Source of the DNA: Candidatus Latescibacterota bacterium
Lineage (GTDB): Bacteria > Latescibacterota > UBA2968
NCBI GenBank assembly: GCA_965204745.1
Contig: OZ242010.1
Location: forward strand, 2,528,001-2,592,000
DNA: 64,000 bases
Direction: 5' to 3'
The notes beneath the pieces were generated by a model. The model made no database searches, was not told the DNA's origin, and saw nothing but the letters and a program-made list of their open reading frames with translations. Both the position numbers and the translations under genes were made by a program. Every line of letters starts with the position of its first letter. Position 1 is the first letter of the stretch. Below, piece by piece: positions 19,719 to 28,569 of this stretch.

Positions 19719-20192
19719 ATGGATAAGCGCAGAAATATCGTGATTGTCGATGACGAAGAAATGGTTTTGGTCAGCATCAATTCCTTTTTGACGCTCGAGA
19801 CCAATTACAAAGTGACGACTTTTTCGCATCCAAAAGACGCGCTCGAGTTTATCCGAGAAAACGAGGTCGATCTCGTGATTTCCGACTATCTGATGCCCGA
19901 CATGGACGGCATTCGGTTTTTGGGCGAGGTCAAAAGGCTCAGGCCAGACGTGACGCGCATCATTCTGACGGGCTATGCAGACAAGGAAAATGCGATCAAG
20001 GCGATTAACGATATCGGTATCTATCAGTATATCGAAAAGCCGTGGGACAATGAGGATTTGAATATCATCATTCGCAATGGCTTGGAGAAGAAGTTGCTGA
20101 TGGAACAACTGCAAGAGAAAATCGAGCAGATCAATCGCGCGTACGGCGAGTTGCAAGCGATCCAACAAGAGGTACTCAAGACCTTTGTGTGA
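19719..20192 (+). CDS. Response regulator (receiver plus C-terminal coiled coil)
   Basis: IVIVDDE, DLVISDYLMPDMDG, ILTGY, YIEKPW. Confidence 0.93.
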   Translation: MDKRRNIVIVDDEEMVLVSINSFLTLETNYKVTTFSHPKDALEFIRENEVDLVISDYLMPDMDGIRFLGEVKRLRPDVTRIILTGYADKENAIKAINDIGIYQYIEKPWDNEDLNIIIRNGLEKKLLMEQLQEKIEQINRAYGELQAIQQEVLKTFV

Positions 20193-20193
20193 T

Positions 20194-20260
20194 GGGACCT
20201 ACCCCCCTAACCCACCTTCCTGGCAGGAAAGGGGAACGAGGATCGATTTTGCGAGGGGAA
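20194..20260. repeat. C/G-rich palindromic repeat (GGGACCTAC...CCTTCCT-N4-AGGAAAGGGG family)
   Basis: Matches copies at ~48098, ~50490 and 52107-52546. Confidence 0.7.
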
Positions 20261-20369
20261 CGATGAAGCGGCGGTAGGGCGGTGGGCCGGTCTCGCCTCT
20301 TACTTCTCGCCTCTTGCTTGGGGATGATGAGCAGGGCGGGTTGACGCTATGGCGCGAAAGGGGATTGTG

Positions 20370-21383
20370 ATGCCGCGGTTATGCTTTTTGATGGTGTGCA
20401 TCCTGCTTGTGGGTTGCACGGAACGCCAGGTCCGCATCCATTTTGAACGGGCCGAAAAGTATCGGCATGAGGGCAAAATTGATTTGGCGATTGAGGAATA
20501 CAAAGCCATTCTCGATCTCAGCCCGGATGCGTTTGACGCGCGCAACAACTTGGGGTATCTCTACGTTGAAAAAGGTCAGTATGCCCGAGCTATTATGCAC
20601 TATCGAAAAGCCATTGCCGCGAAGCCCGATTTTGCCGAGGCCCACTTCAACTTGGGCGTGGCTTATGTGGCGGAGGGCCAACTCGACAGCGCGGTTGCCG
20701 CTTACCAGCGCGCGGTGCAATACGATCCGGAAAACCACGAGATCCACAACAACTTGGGCGCGGCGCATACCATGCGCGGCGATTATCGAAAAGCCGAAAT
20801 GAGGTATCAACACGCCCTCGCGCTCGCGCCGGATTACGCGGATGTCCACCACAACTTGGGCCTGCTCTACACGTTTGAAGGGCGGTTTCGGGACGCCATT
20901 CCGCAGTATGAGAAGGCCATCCAGTACAAACCCAATTTCGCCGATGCGTATAACAACATGGGCAGCGCGTACATGGAATTAGGGGAAATCGAGGCCGCCA
21001 TGCGACACTTTCAAACGGCTCTTCGGCAACGACCCGATCACGCACTCGCCAAGGCCAATCTGCAAGAATCCAAAACGCGCCTCCAAGAGGCCCAACGCGC
21101 ACGGGACGCAGGCGAAATGCGCGCCCATCACATTCTCGCCAAAACCGAGTCGGATGCCCGCCAACTGCTCGATCAACTCGCTGCGGGCGCGGAATTTGAA
21201 ACGCTGGCGCGGCTCTATTCAATCGATCCCGCGGCTGGCCGAACCGGAGGCGACCTCGGCCCCTTTTTGCCCGGTACGCTCTTGCCCGAATTTGAGCGAG
21301 CGGTGCAAGAGATCAACCCCGGTCAAATCGGCGGCCCGGTCAAAACCGCGGCTGGGTATCACATCATCAAACGCATCTATTGA
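20370..21383 (+). CDS. TPR-repeat lipoprotein with C-terminal PpiC/parvulin PPIase domain
   Basis: Lipobox LVGC; ~6 TPRs (AHFNLG, AYNNMG); RAHHIL...GGDLG...PEFE...GYHIIK; alternative start 20349. Confidence 0.9.
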   Translation: MPRLCFLMVCILLVGCTERQVRIHFERAEKYRHEGKIDLAIEEYKAILDLSPDAFDARNNLGYLYVEKGQYARAIMHYRKAIAAKPDFAEAHFNLGVAYVAEGQLDSAVAAYQRAVQYDPENHEIHNNLGAAHTMRGDYRKAEMRYQHALALAPDYADVHHNLGLLYTFEGRFRDAIPQYEKAIQYKPNFADAYNNMGSAYMELGEIEAAMRHFQTALRQRPDHALAKANLQESKTRLQEAQRARDAGEMRAHHILAKTESDARQLLDQLAAGAEFETLARLYSIDPAAGRTGGDLGPFLPGTLLPEFERAVQEINPGQIGGPVKTAAGYHIIKRIY

Positions 21384-21443
21384 TCTCGCGGTCTTAATCC
21401 TCGCGTTTTGACTGGGGAACTGCTATCGCAAAATTTGCTCCTG

Positions 21444-24335
21444 TCAATCCCCCATTGCAAACCGAATCTGCTTGCGTACACCGCGCGGGTTTGGGGCGTT
21501 CAAATCCGTTACCACCACCTCGATTTCCAATTGTTCTTCGCTGTGTTGCGGTACGTCTAACGCGATGTAGATCGGTTCCCATGTGTCTGTTCCGGTGTGT
21601 TCATAAGAGATCTGTACCCCATCGGCGCGTGGGGTTTGACCGAGTAGCCGCCCCAGTCCCCGAATCAACCGCATGCCCGTGCTCGGCATGCCCGTAAGCG
21701 CGTACTCGATGCGGTAGCGGGTTTGCCCGAACGCGTCGCGGGTCAAGTTGTACACCTCGTAATAGAGATACACCGCCTGCGCCTTTGCAAAGGTTTTGGA
21801 CGGCAGGGGCACGACCTGCAACCCCCCCTTCTGAAATTTCCCACCCGCGGTTTCTTCCTTTTCAACGATCTGTCCTGCCAATTCCAAATCGCTCAAGGCC
21901 AGTGCGTCGCCGCGGAAAGACGGCACGGTGACGTAGGTTTTGTGGACCTGAATTTTCTGGCTGATGGGATCGCGCACCTGAGCGGCCAAGAAGTACTGGC
22001 CCGGGGGCAGCGCGGTGGTCGCTTGATCCACGATCAGCGTCCCGTGATCGGTCGGGCCACTTAGGGCTTGTGCCACGCGCACGCTGTCTCGAAAAACCGG
22101 CTTCAGGGATCGGTCATAGACCGCGATTTCTCGGTCGAGCATCGCGTAAGACTTGCCGCCTCGAGATGCGGGGGTCAATGCCGCGATGGGCACGGCCATG
22201 TACACTTCCAGCTTCGTCTCGCGCTCGGATGTGCGGAAATTCGCCGCGTACATGTAAAAGTCCATGGGGTCGCCGCCGTAGTCATGCCGATAAACCGAGG
22301 GCGTGCGGTTGACGACTTGGGCCACCACCTTTTCGGGCGCGAGGCGCGTCCACAGCGCGCGGTTGGGCGAATTGGGTGGAATGGGCGCGAAATCGAAAAA
22401 GCCATTGCCCGTGGGATCCAAAAATGTGATCTCGATGCCGCCGGCGATGTCGGCGTAAATCCACGATTCCCACTTGTAGCCCAACTCCGATCCATCGCGC
22501 ATCACGCTGCGCCTGCGCGGTACCGGGAACGTGGGCACGCCGCGCAACTCGGCTGTCTCGGGGCCGGCGCCGTAGCCATAAGACGAACTCGACTGCCCGT
22601 GTACATGCTTGGTCGGCAACACTTCATCCAAGGCGTTTGCAGCGATCATATTCAGGCGGTTCTTGACCTTTGCCACCTTTTCGTCTGTCTCGAACACCAG
22701 ATAATCCGACCAAGTCCGATGGTCCGGATGCCCGAGCCGAATGTACACGTCGCCCCGGCGATCCCAGCCTCTGCCGTGCCATTCTTCCAGGCCTTCGGCA
22801 AAATTTGAGCGCGCGAAATACACGCGCCGGTAATGCTCTACGCGGCGTTCATTCACGGGCGTGGTCGGCGTGGGATCGGCCTCCAGCCAAAAGACGTTCC
22901 GCAATCTGGATAGGGACCGCCCGAACGCGCCTTTGATCTTGGCTAGCACTTCGGCAGGGGCTATCAGGGACAGGTCTTGGTAATACGCCCGGTCGGTCGG
23001 GCCCAAAACCCGAAAGTACTGTTCAAACGCCTTTTGTGCTCGGGCAAAATCCCCGCGTTCAATACAAGTCTGCGCCAGCAAGGGGAGATAGTCTTTGGGT
23101 TTTGTCTTTGCCATATCCTGCAATTCGTCCAAGCTATGGGTTTCCTCGCCCGCGGCTTTCAGGCGCATCGCCACATGCGCCAGGCGCGAAGGCGTGATGG
23201 GATGCGCGGGATTCACCGCCAGTTGCCGGGAATAGGCTTTCATCGCCTTGTCGTAGTAGCGCAGGGATTCGTAAAACACGCCCAACTTGAAATGCGCGTC
23301 GTAGTGGTCGGGAAACCGCTCGATGACATGCCCGAAATAGTGATCCAGATCCACGCGGTCCATCCCCACCATCGCCAGATGGCACATGCCCAGATTGTAG
23401 TGGGCTGCCGCGTACGCGTCGTCCATTGCACAGGTTTCCCGAAACAAGCGCGATGCGCGGGATTTTTGCCCCGGCATTTTTAATGCGGCGAGCGCCCGGC
23501 CATTGCGCGCTTCCACGAATTTTTTGTTCTTTTTGATGGCGTCCAAAAAGAGTGCTTCGGCTGTTTTCACGTCGTCTCGTTCCAAGCGGAGATAGCCGAG
23601 CGCGCACATCGCCACGGCGTCCTTGGGATGGAGAATGAGCATGCGGTCGCAAATGCGGGCGGCCTCGGCGACTTGCTTTTCATCTGGGGCCTGCGCTCGG
23701 GTGGTGTATTTTTTTGGGATCAGATCCCCGCGCTCAAAATACGCATCGGACACGGTCACATGGCGGCGCCCAAAGTGGTAGTCGTAATAGTACTTCAGCA
23801 CGAGCGGATTGCGCGCCCGCCAGAATCGCGCCAGAAATGGCCCCTTGGCTTTTCTATCCAATGCCTTGTAAAAAGCCGCGGTGTCCGCATCGGCGATCTC
23901 GCCCAAAATCAGGCCCGCGACTCGGTCTTCAACTTCCCCGAAACTCGCTTGCAACACCACCTCGGCGATCTGCCTATCGGCCTCGCGTGCTTCGCCTTCT
24001 CGGTCGATCATTTTGATGAGCGATCTCTGCACCCGCAATTCGCCGATAGATGTTTTGATCGCGACCTCGGTTTCGGTTTCGGTCGCGATCTCGCCCTTGA
24101 GCACCGTGCCATCCTCGAGCAAGACCGTGACATTGCGCGAGGGGCGTTCGATCATTTTGATGAGCGACTTCGCCACCCTGAGTTCACCCATCGCCGTTTT
24201 GATCACGACCTCGGTTTCGGTTTCGGTCGCGATCTCGCCCTTGAGCACCGTGCCATCCTCGAGCAAGACCGTGGCGCCATCAGCCGAACTCAAAAATACG
24301 CAGAGCAGCATGGCTATGAGTTGGAGAATTTTCAT
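21444..24335 (-). CDS. Exported GWxTD-family/TPR protein with duplicated 48-aa N-terminal beta domain
   Basis: Signal peptide MKILQLIAMLL...; DPTPTTPVNERRVEHYRRVYFA...GWDRRGDVYIRLGHP; C-terminal LSDLELAG...YYEVYNL. Confidence 0.8.
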   Translation of the reverse strand: MKILQLIAMLLCVFLSSADGATVLLEDGTVLKGEIATETETEVVIKTAMGELRVAKSLIKMIERPSRNVTVLLEDGTVLKGEIATETETEVAIKTSIGELRVQRSLIKMIDREGEAREADRQIAEVVLQASFGEVEDRVAGLILGEIADADTAAFYKALDRKAKGPFLARFWRARNPLVLKYYYDYHFGRRHVTVSDAYFERGDLIPKKYTTRAQAPDEKQVAEAARICDRMLILHPKDAVAMCALGYLRLERDDVKTAEALFLDAIKKNKKFVEARNGRALAALKMPGQKSRASRLFRETCAMDDAYAAAHYNLGMCHLAMVGMDRVDLDHYFGHVIERFPDHYDAHFKLGVFYESLRYYDKAMKAYSRQLAVNPAHPITPSRLAHVAMRLKAAGEETHSLDELQDMAKTKPKDYLPLLAQTCIERGDFARAQKAFEQYFRVLGPTDRAYYQDLSLIAPAEVLAKIKGAFGRSLSRLRNVFWLEADPTPTTPVNERRVEHYRRVYFARSNFAEGLEEWHGRGWDRRGDVYIRLGHPDHRTWSDYLVFETDEKVAKVKNRLNMIAANALDEVLPTKHVHGQSSSSYGYGAGPETAELRGVPTFPVPRRRSVMRDGSELGYKWESWIYADIAGGIEITFLDPTGNGFFDFAPIPPNSPNRALWTRLAPEKVVAQVVNRTPSVYRHDYGGDPMDFYMYAANFRTSERETKLEVYMAVPIAALTPASRGGKSYAMLDREIAVYDRSLKPVFRDSVRVAQALSGPTDHGTLIVDQATTALPPGQYFLAAQVRDPISQKIQVHKTYVTVPSFRGDALALSDLELAGQIVEKEETAGGKFQKGGLQVVPLPSKTFAKAQAVYLYYEVYNLTRDAFGQTRYRIEYALTGMPSTGMRLIRGLGRLLGQTPRADGVQISYEHTGTDTWEPIYIALDVPQHSEEQLEIEVVVTDLNAPNPRGVRKQIRFAMGD

Positions 24336-24445
24336 CTGTCGCGTCCAAAAAAATTTGGCAATACATGGGAATTGACTTTGAAAATATAACAGGGTATCTT
24401 TAGGAAAATCGTTTTTGATATTCAAAAATCAGGAGGTGAATTTCT

Positions 24446-24610
24446 ATGGGCAAGATCAGAAGAGTGATTAAAGATGCTGAAAAATCTGCCTCTGTAAGCC
24501 GAGAGCAGGTTGAGGTGGCGGCTCAGAAAATCAAAGCAAACCGCCCGGCTACCTTTGAGACAAAACCCGATGTTCTGAAAAGTGCGCCCACACTTCATCC
24601 AAATAAGTAA
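24446..24610 (+). CDS. Small hypothetical protein, 54 aa (not in ORF track)
   Basis: Strong SD AGGAGGTGA at 24431; MGKIRRVIKDAEKSASVSREQVEVAAQKIKANRPATFETKPDVLKSAPTLHPNK. Confidence 0.55.
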   Translation: MGKIRRVIKDAEKSASVSREQVEVAAQKIKANRPATFETKPDVLKSAPTLHPNK

Positions 24611-25145
24611 TACCAATTTGATTTTATATTTTTCGCATCTTGCCTCACATCAGGAATGAATGAGGAATAGACGGTCCGTAGGGATCATGCGGTGCTGGTC
24701 TAAAACATTTGGCCTTACAGCCTCGGTTGTTGCCTTCGATGCCTTCGGCGACCTACTTTTTTTCAACAGCAAAAAAAAGTAGGCAAAAAATGCCGCTCTC
24801 AAACGCCGAGGGGCTTGCACAGCGCAAATCGCTTTTGTAACAGAACGATATACGCCAGCCTGCAAGGTGGGTTGCATAATGGAGGTTGGTTGCGAGACGG
24901 ACTTGCGCGCTGTGCGTGATGGCTTTAGCTGATGGGCTTTTGCGAGAGCACTTGTTGGGATGCCTTATTGAACTGCGGAACGTCAGTGAATACGATGAGA
25001 GGGGTAGCAAAAGCGAAAAAGTTGAAGGAGCGATTGTCCGAGTTTCTCAAACCGAGAGCATATTCTGCGATAGGGCTTGATTTCTCGATAAACCGCCCAT
25101 CCAGTTGCATGGCTCGTAAATGTCAACACAACCTAATCGCATTGG
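24611..25145 (+). mobile_element. MITE-like element copy 1 (right end degenerate; contains transposase remnant)
   Basis: TAA|TACCAATTTGATTTT left end; colinear with 32106-32538 up to ~24991 and again at ATCGCATTGG 25136-25145. Confidence 0.8.
24991..25125 (-). pseudogene. Decayed C-terminal fragment of an IS5-family (DDE) transposase
   Basis: Minus strand 25081-25040 reads IKPYRRICSRFEKL, then FFAFATPLIV in a shifted frame; resembles the IS5/IS427-type K-x-YRR-xx-RY/F-x-KL...F...LI tail. Confidence 0.55.
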
Positions 25146-25186
25146 AAAAATACAATACCCCTTCCCCTCGTACCTGTCAAGCCATG

Positions 25187-25240
25187 AAAAACGGCGGATG
25201 GACATTGCGTCCCTCCGCCGTTTGTTTTACATCCGCCGTT
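25187..25240 (-). terminator. Hairpin terminator downstream of PorV-like gene
   Basis: AAACGGCGGA-TGGAC...GTCC-C-TCCGCCGTTT; a second CATCCGCCGTT arm allows alternative pairing. Confidence 0.65.
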
Positions 25241-25252
25241 GTGTTTCAAGGG

Positions 25253-26338
25253 CTAAAAATCGACTGCCCCTGAAATCACATGGACAGAGGAGAAGTAATT
25301 GGTGTCGAATTGCTTGTAGGCATAATCGATCTTCACGCCTCTGCCGGATTCGGTCAAATACTTCAGCCCGCCGCCAAAAGCAAAGCTCTCGGTATCGTGA
25401 TTGGTCTTGTAGCCCGCGCGCCCAGAAAAGCCGATGGGACTGCCGGCGGCTTGGAACGTGTACTCCAGGCCGATCAAAACCTGCTCGTCAAAATCCACGG
25501 GATTCGTCACGTCAAACGCCAAATTCAGGTGATGCGGTACGGGGAGGTTGCCCATCATGGACAACACATCCACCAGCAGGCCGAGACGAATATTGCGCGG
25601 CAACTCGAAGGACTCGCGCTGGTAGGTCAGTTCCTGGCTGTAATTTTGCACGGTCATCGCCAGCACTGTATTGCGGAAGCCCGTATTGAAATACGTGCCC
25701 AGATCCACGGCAAACGCGGTCTTGGCATTATCCACAGTGGTGCGATTGCCGCCGATCAAGACATTGCCCGTGCCCAGGTTTTGACTGGCGAGTTTCACAT
25801 TGGCACCGATTGAAAAGCGATCCGTGATCTTCAACCCATAAGCCACAGAGAACGCATAGTTCGACGTGGTGAAGGTGCCGGTATCTGTAAAACCCTCGCC
25901 CGTGGGGTCTGGATCTATTGCCGTGCCATTGAACGTGCCCGCGTCATAGGTCACAAAGCCGAGGCCAAACGTGCCGCGACCGGGAATGTTGAGGGCCGCG
26001 CCAGCGACTTGGCTTTTGGTATTGGCAATCCAGGAAACATAGGTGAAAAAGGCTTCGCGCCCATCGAAAAACGCCAGTGTTGCGGGATTGGTGAACACGC
26101 CGGCTGCAGAGCCGATCATCCCGGTGCCCGCTCCGGCAAGCGCGGCGGACCGCGCATTGGTCGGCAGTTTCAAAAACGCAAAGCCCGCTTGCCCAACTTT
26201 GACAAACGCGGGATTCAGCTCTTCGGAACCGCCATCTGGCAAAATGGGTTGCAAATCCCGAATTTGTGCTTCTGATGTGGGGGCCATCAACCCGACGAAC
26301 AACGCGGTCAGCATGGCGGCCCAGTTCATTCGTTTCAC
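25253..26338 (-). CDS. PorV/PorQ-like (UPF0164, FadL-like) outer-membrane barrel
   Basis: Signal peptide; AFLKLPTNARSAALAGA...NPATL; amphipathic strands; KIDYAY; C-terminal Phe. Confidence 0.8.
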   Translation of the reverse strand: MKRMNWAAMLTALFVGLMAPTSEAQIRDLQPILPDGGSEELNPAFVKVGQAGFAFLKLPTNARSAALAGAGTGMIGSAAGVFTNPATLAFFDGREAFFTYVSWIANTKSQVAGAALNIPGRGTFGLGFVTYDAGTFNGTAIDPDPTGEGFTDTGTFTTSNYAFSVAYGLKITDRFSIGANVKLASQNLGTGNVLIGGNRTTVDNAKTAFAVDLGTYFNTGFRNTVLAMTVQNYSQELTYQRESFELPRNIRLGLLVDVLSMMGNLPVPHHLNLAFDVTNPVDFDEQVLIGLEYTFQAAGSPIGFSGRAGYKTNHDTESFAFGGGLKYLTESGRGVKIDYAYKQFDTNYFSSVHVISGAVDF

Positions 26339-26365
26339 AACGTACCTCCTTAAAATCGTCGACTT

Positions 26366-28498
26366 TTACCTGACCACGACAAAGCGTTCGATGTGTGTGG
26401 CACCGGTTGCCGTGTCTTCGATGTGGGCGAAGTAAATCCCACTCACCAAGAACTGATTGTTGTCCGAAATCATCAAATCCCACGACTCATCGCCAGACCC
26501 AGAGGTGTGGTCGATGCGCGTGATCAGATCGCCCGTAATCGTAAAGACGCGAATGATCGCATTTGCGGGCAGGTTCACAAACTGGAGTTTGTTGGGCTGA
26601 CCCTGGTAGTTGTACCCGTTGTCGTCGAGTTGCCCGCCCTGCACCTGATAGGGATTGGGCACGACGCGAACCCGCGTAATGTCGTTGGCCGGCCCGCGGA
26701 AGGGGCTGATGCCATCGGCTTCGGTGCGCGTGGCAAAGCGGCTGCTCTCCAAGCCATCGGCATCGACCGCTGTCACGGAGTAATAGTAGCGCGTGCCGCG
26801 AAGGGCGGTCTCGTCGCTAAACGAGGTGCCGGTCGGCATGCCGATCAACTCGGGCACTTCCGTGTGCCGGCCCGCGTAGCGATAGACGTGGTACTTGTCC
26901 GCGCCGGAAACCGCATCCCAACTCAGTGAGTTGATATCCGGCCCCGATGTCACCTCGAAGCGCGCGGGCCAATTGGGCGTGGGCGGCAAGGAGGGCATCG
27001 CGCCCCTGCGATTTGCCCATGCCTGGCGCGCGACGGCCACAGTCGCCATCAGCGAATCGAGGCCGCTGTCGAGGAACGCCTCTTTTTCATCAAACGAAAT
27101 CGTGCCATCTGCCCACTGCTTTCCAACGCGCTTGTTCTCCGATTCAGAGGGCCCGGCGACGATCACTGCGGACACGATGTGAATGCTCTGCCCGAGTTCC
27201 AAGTCCCAGGGGCCAAAGGTCGTCACCCACTGATAAATTTGCTCGGTGGTGACATACCCGGGGCGGTCGGGATCGGAAACGGCAATGCGATCCTCTCTCA
27301 TCGCGTTCGGTTGCACGTAAAAGTCGTGCACGGTTCTGCGATCTGCCGTGCGCGTGCTCGTCCACACTTCGCCCGGCACCCAGCGCACCTGACGCGGCTG
27401 TGCATTTTCGGGATCGGACGTGTCGTCCAACCAGTTTTCGCTGAACACATTGGGATCGTTTGTGGGGGTTTTATCCACGTGCAAAAACACGCGGCCCTTG
27501 TAGTGCGATTCCATAAACTCGCCCGCGCTGATGTTGGCAGCGCGCACCGCGTCGAGCAAGTCGCCAGAAGCGGGCGCGGGTTCGCCGCGATCATCGCCAT
27601 CGGGCCGATAGCCCGACTTATCGCTGTCGTCGCCATCGTGGATGTAGAGCAATTTTTCGTCGTCATCCCAATAGTTGACTTCGTCCCAGATGCCGCCGGC
27701 GAGCAAGCCGGCATCGTAAGCGCGACCGCCATCTTCGGCGGTGATCGTGATATGCGCCCCGCCCGCAGGGCCTGAGCCACCGCGCTGCAAATAGTAGTTC
27801 AGCCCGACGTAGAAATCGTCGTAAGACGGATTTTTCTGCGCGGTTTCCGGGCTCGAGGCAATGCCGCGCTCGCCCGCGCGCAGATCGACCACATGCGGCG
27901 TTTGCGGATAGGTGATCGTCGTGACTTCAAAGACCATGTCGTCGGCATTTGCGTTTGCCCAAGAATAGGTTTCGCGCACGATCCGCAAGCCTTCGGAGTT
28001 GACGATTGTGCTGCTGATCATCAAATCCGCGCCCAACTCCGACCGCGTGCCATCGCCGTATTCGGGGAACACGCGCCAGTTGGTCCGCAAAAGCTCTTTG
28101 CCATCCTGAACGATGGTTGGGGGCGCGACTCGGAAAAACTTCGGATTGGGCAAGTTCAACCGCGTTTCCGTTCCGCCCAACTTTGAAGGCGAAAAATCGG
28201 CGAGGTCGTCGAGCAGGTCATTGCACCAGGGGCTTTGCGTGGTGTTCACCAAGGATTGCCCGCCTTCGTAGTAACTGGGCACATTAAACGTGGAATACAG
28301 GCCCACCACGGCCATACCCGCATTTCCGACTCGATACCCGATATCGGGATCGGTATCGGCCGTCTCGAGGCCGCCCGGCCAAATCAGCCGCGACGAGGTC
28401 CAAAGCGTGCCGACCTCGTGGCTTTGTGCCTGGGCACTGCCGGCCATCAGCACGACCATCAAGCATGTGGAAAGAATCCACAATCCAAAACGTTTCAT
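26366..28498 (-). CDS. Secreted protein with FN3-like domain and T9SS-CTD/FlgD-like C-terminal domain
   Basis: AQA signal site; SLSWDAV...YHVYR...YYYSVTAVD; VRVVPNPY...FVNLP...IRVFTITGDLI...WDL...SGIYF...FVVVR. Confidence 0.75.
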   Translation of the reverse strand: MKRFGLWILSTCLMVVLMAGSAQAQSHEVGTLWTSSRLIWPGGLETADTDPDIGYRVGNAGMAVVGLYSTFNVPSYYEGGQSLVNTTQSPWCNDLLDDLADFSPSKLGGTETRLNLPNPKFFRVAPPTIVQDGKELLRTNWRVFPEYGDGTRSELGADLMISSTIVNSEGLRIVRETYSWANANADDMVFEVTTITYPQTPHVVDLRAGERGIASSPETAQKNPSYDDFYVGLNYYLQRGGSGPAGGAHITITAEDGGRAYDAGLLAGGIWDEVNYWDDDEKLLYIHDGDDSDKSGYRPDGDDRGEPAPASGDLLDAVRAANISAGEFMESHYKGRVFLHVDKTPTNDPNVFSENWLDDTSDPENAQPRQVRWVPGEVWTSTRTADRRTVHDFYVQPNAMREDRIAVSDPDRPGYVTTEQIYQWVTTFGPWDLELGQSIHIVSAVIVAGPSESENKRVGKQWADGTISFDEKEAFLDSGLDSLMATVAVARQAWANRRGAMPSLPPTPNWPARFEVTSGPDINSLSWDAVSGADKYHVYRYAGRHTEVPELIGMPTGTSFSDETALRGTRYYYSVTAVDADGLESSRFATRTEADGISPFRGPANDITRVRVVPNPYQVQGGQLDDNGYNYQGQPNKLQFVNLPANAIIRVFTITGDLITRIDHTSGSGDESWDLMISDNNQFLVSGIYFAHIEDTATGATHIERFVVVR

Positions 28499-28569
28499 AA
28501 GCAAGGTACTCCTTCAAAACTATCGGCCACAGCCGCTCGCCCTATCGGCGGGAGAGCGGCGATGGGGCC

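Noticed and set aside
24650-25010. Short ORFs ending FCLLFFAVEKK (also 32242-32487, 36244-36558)
   Set aside because: Translations of the MITE's non-coding hairpin; frames are not conserved between copies.
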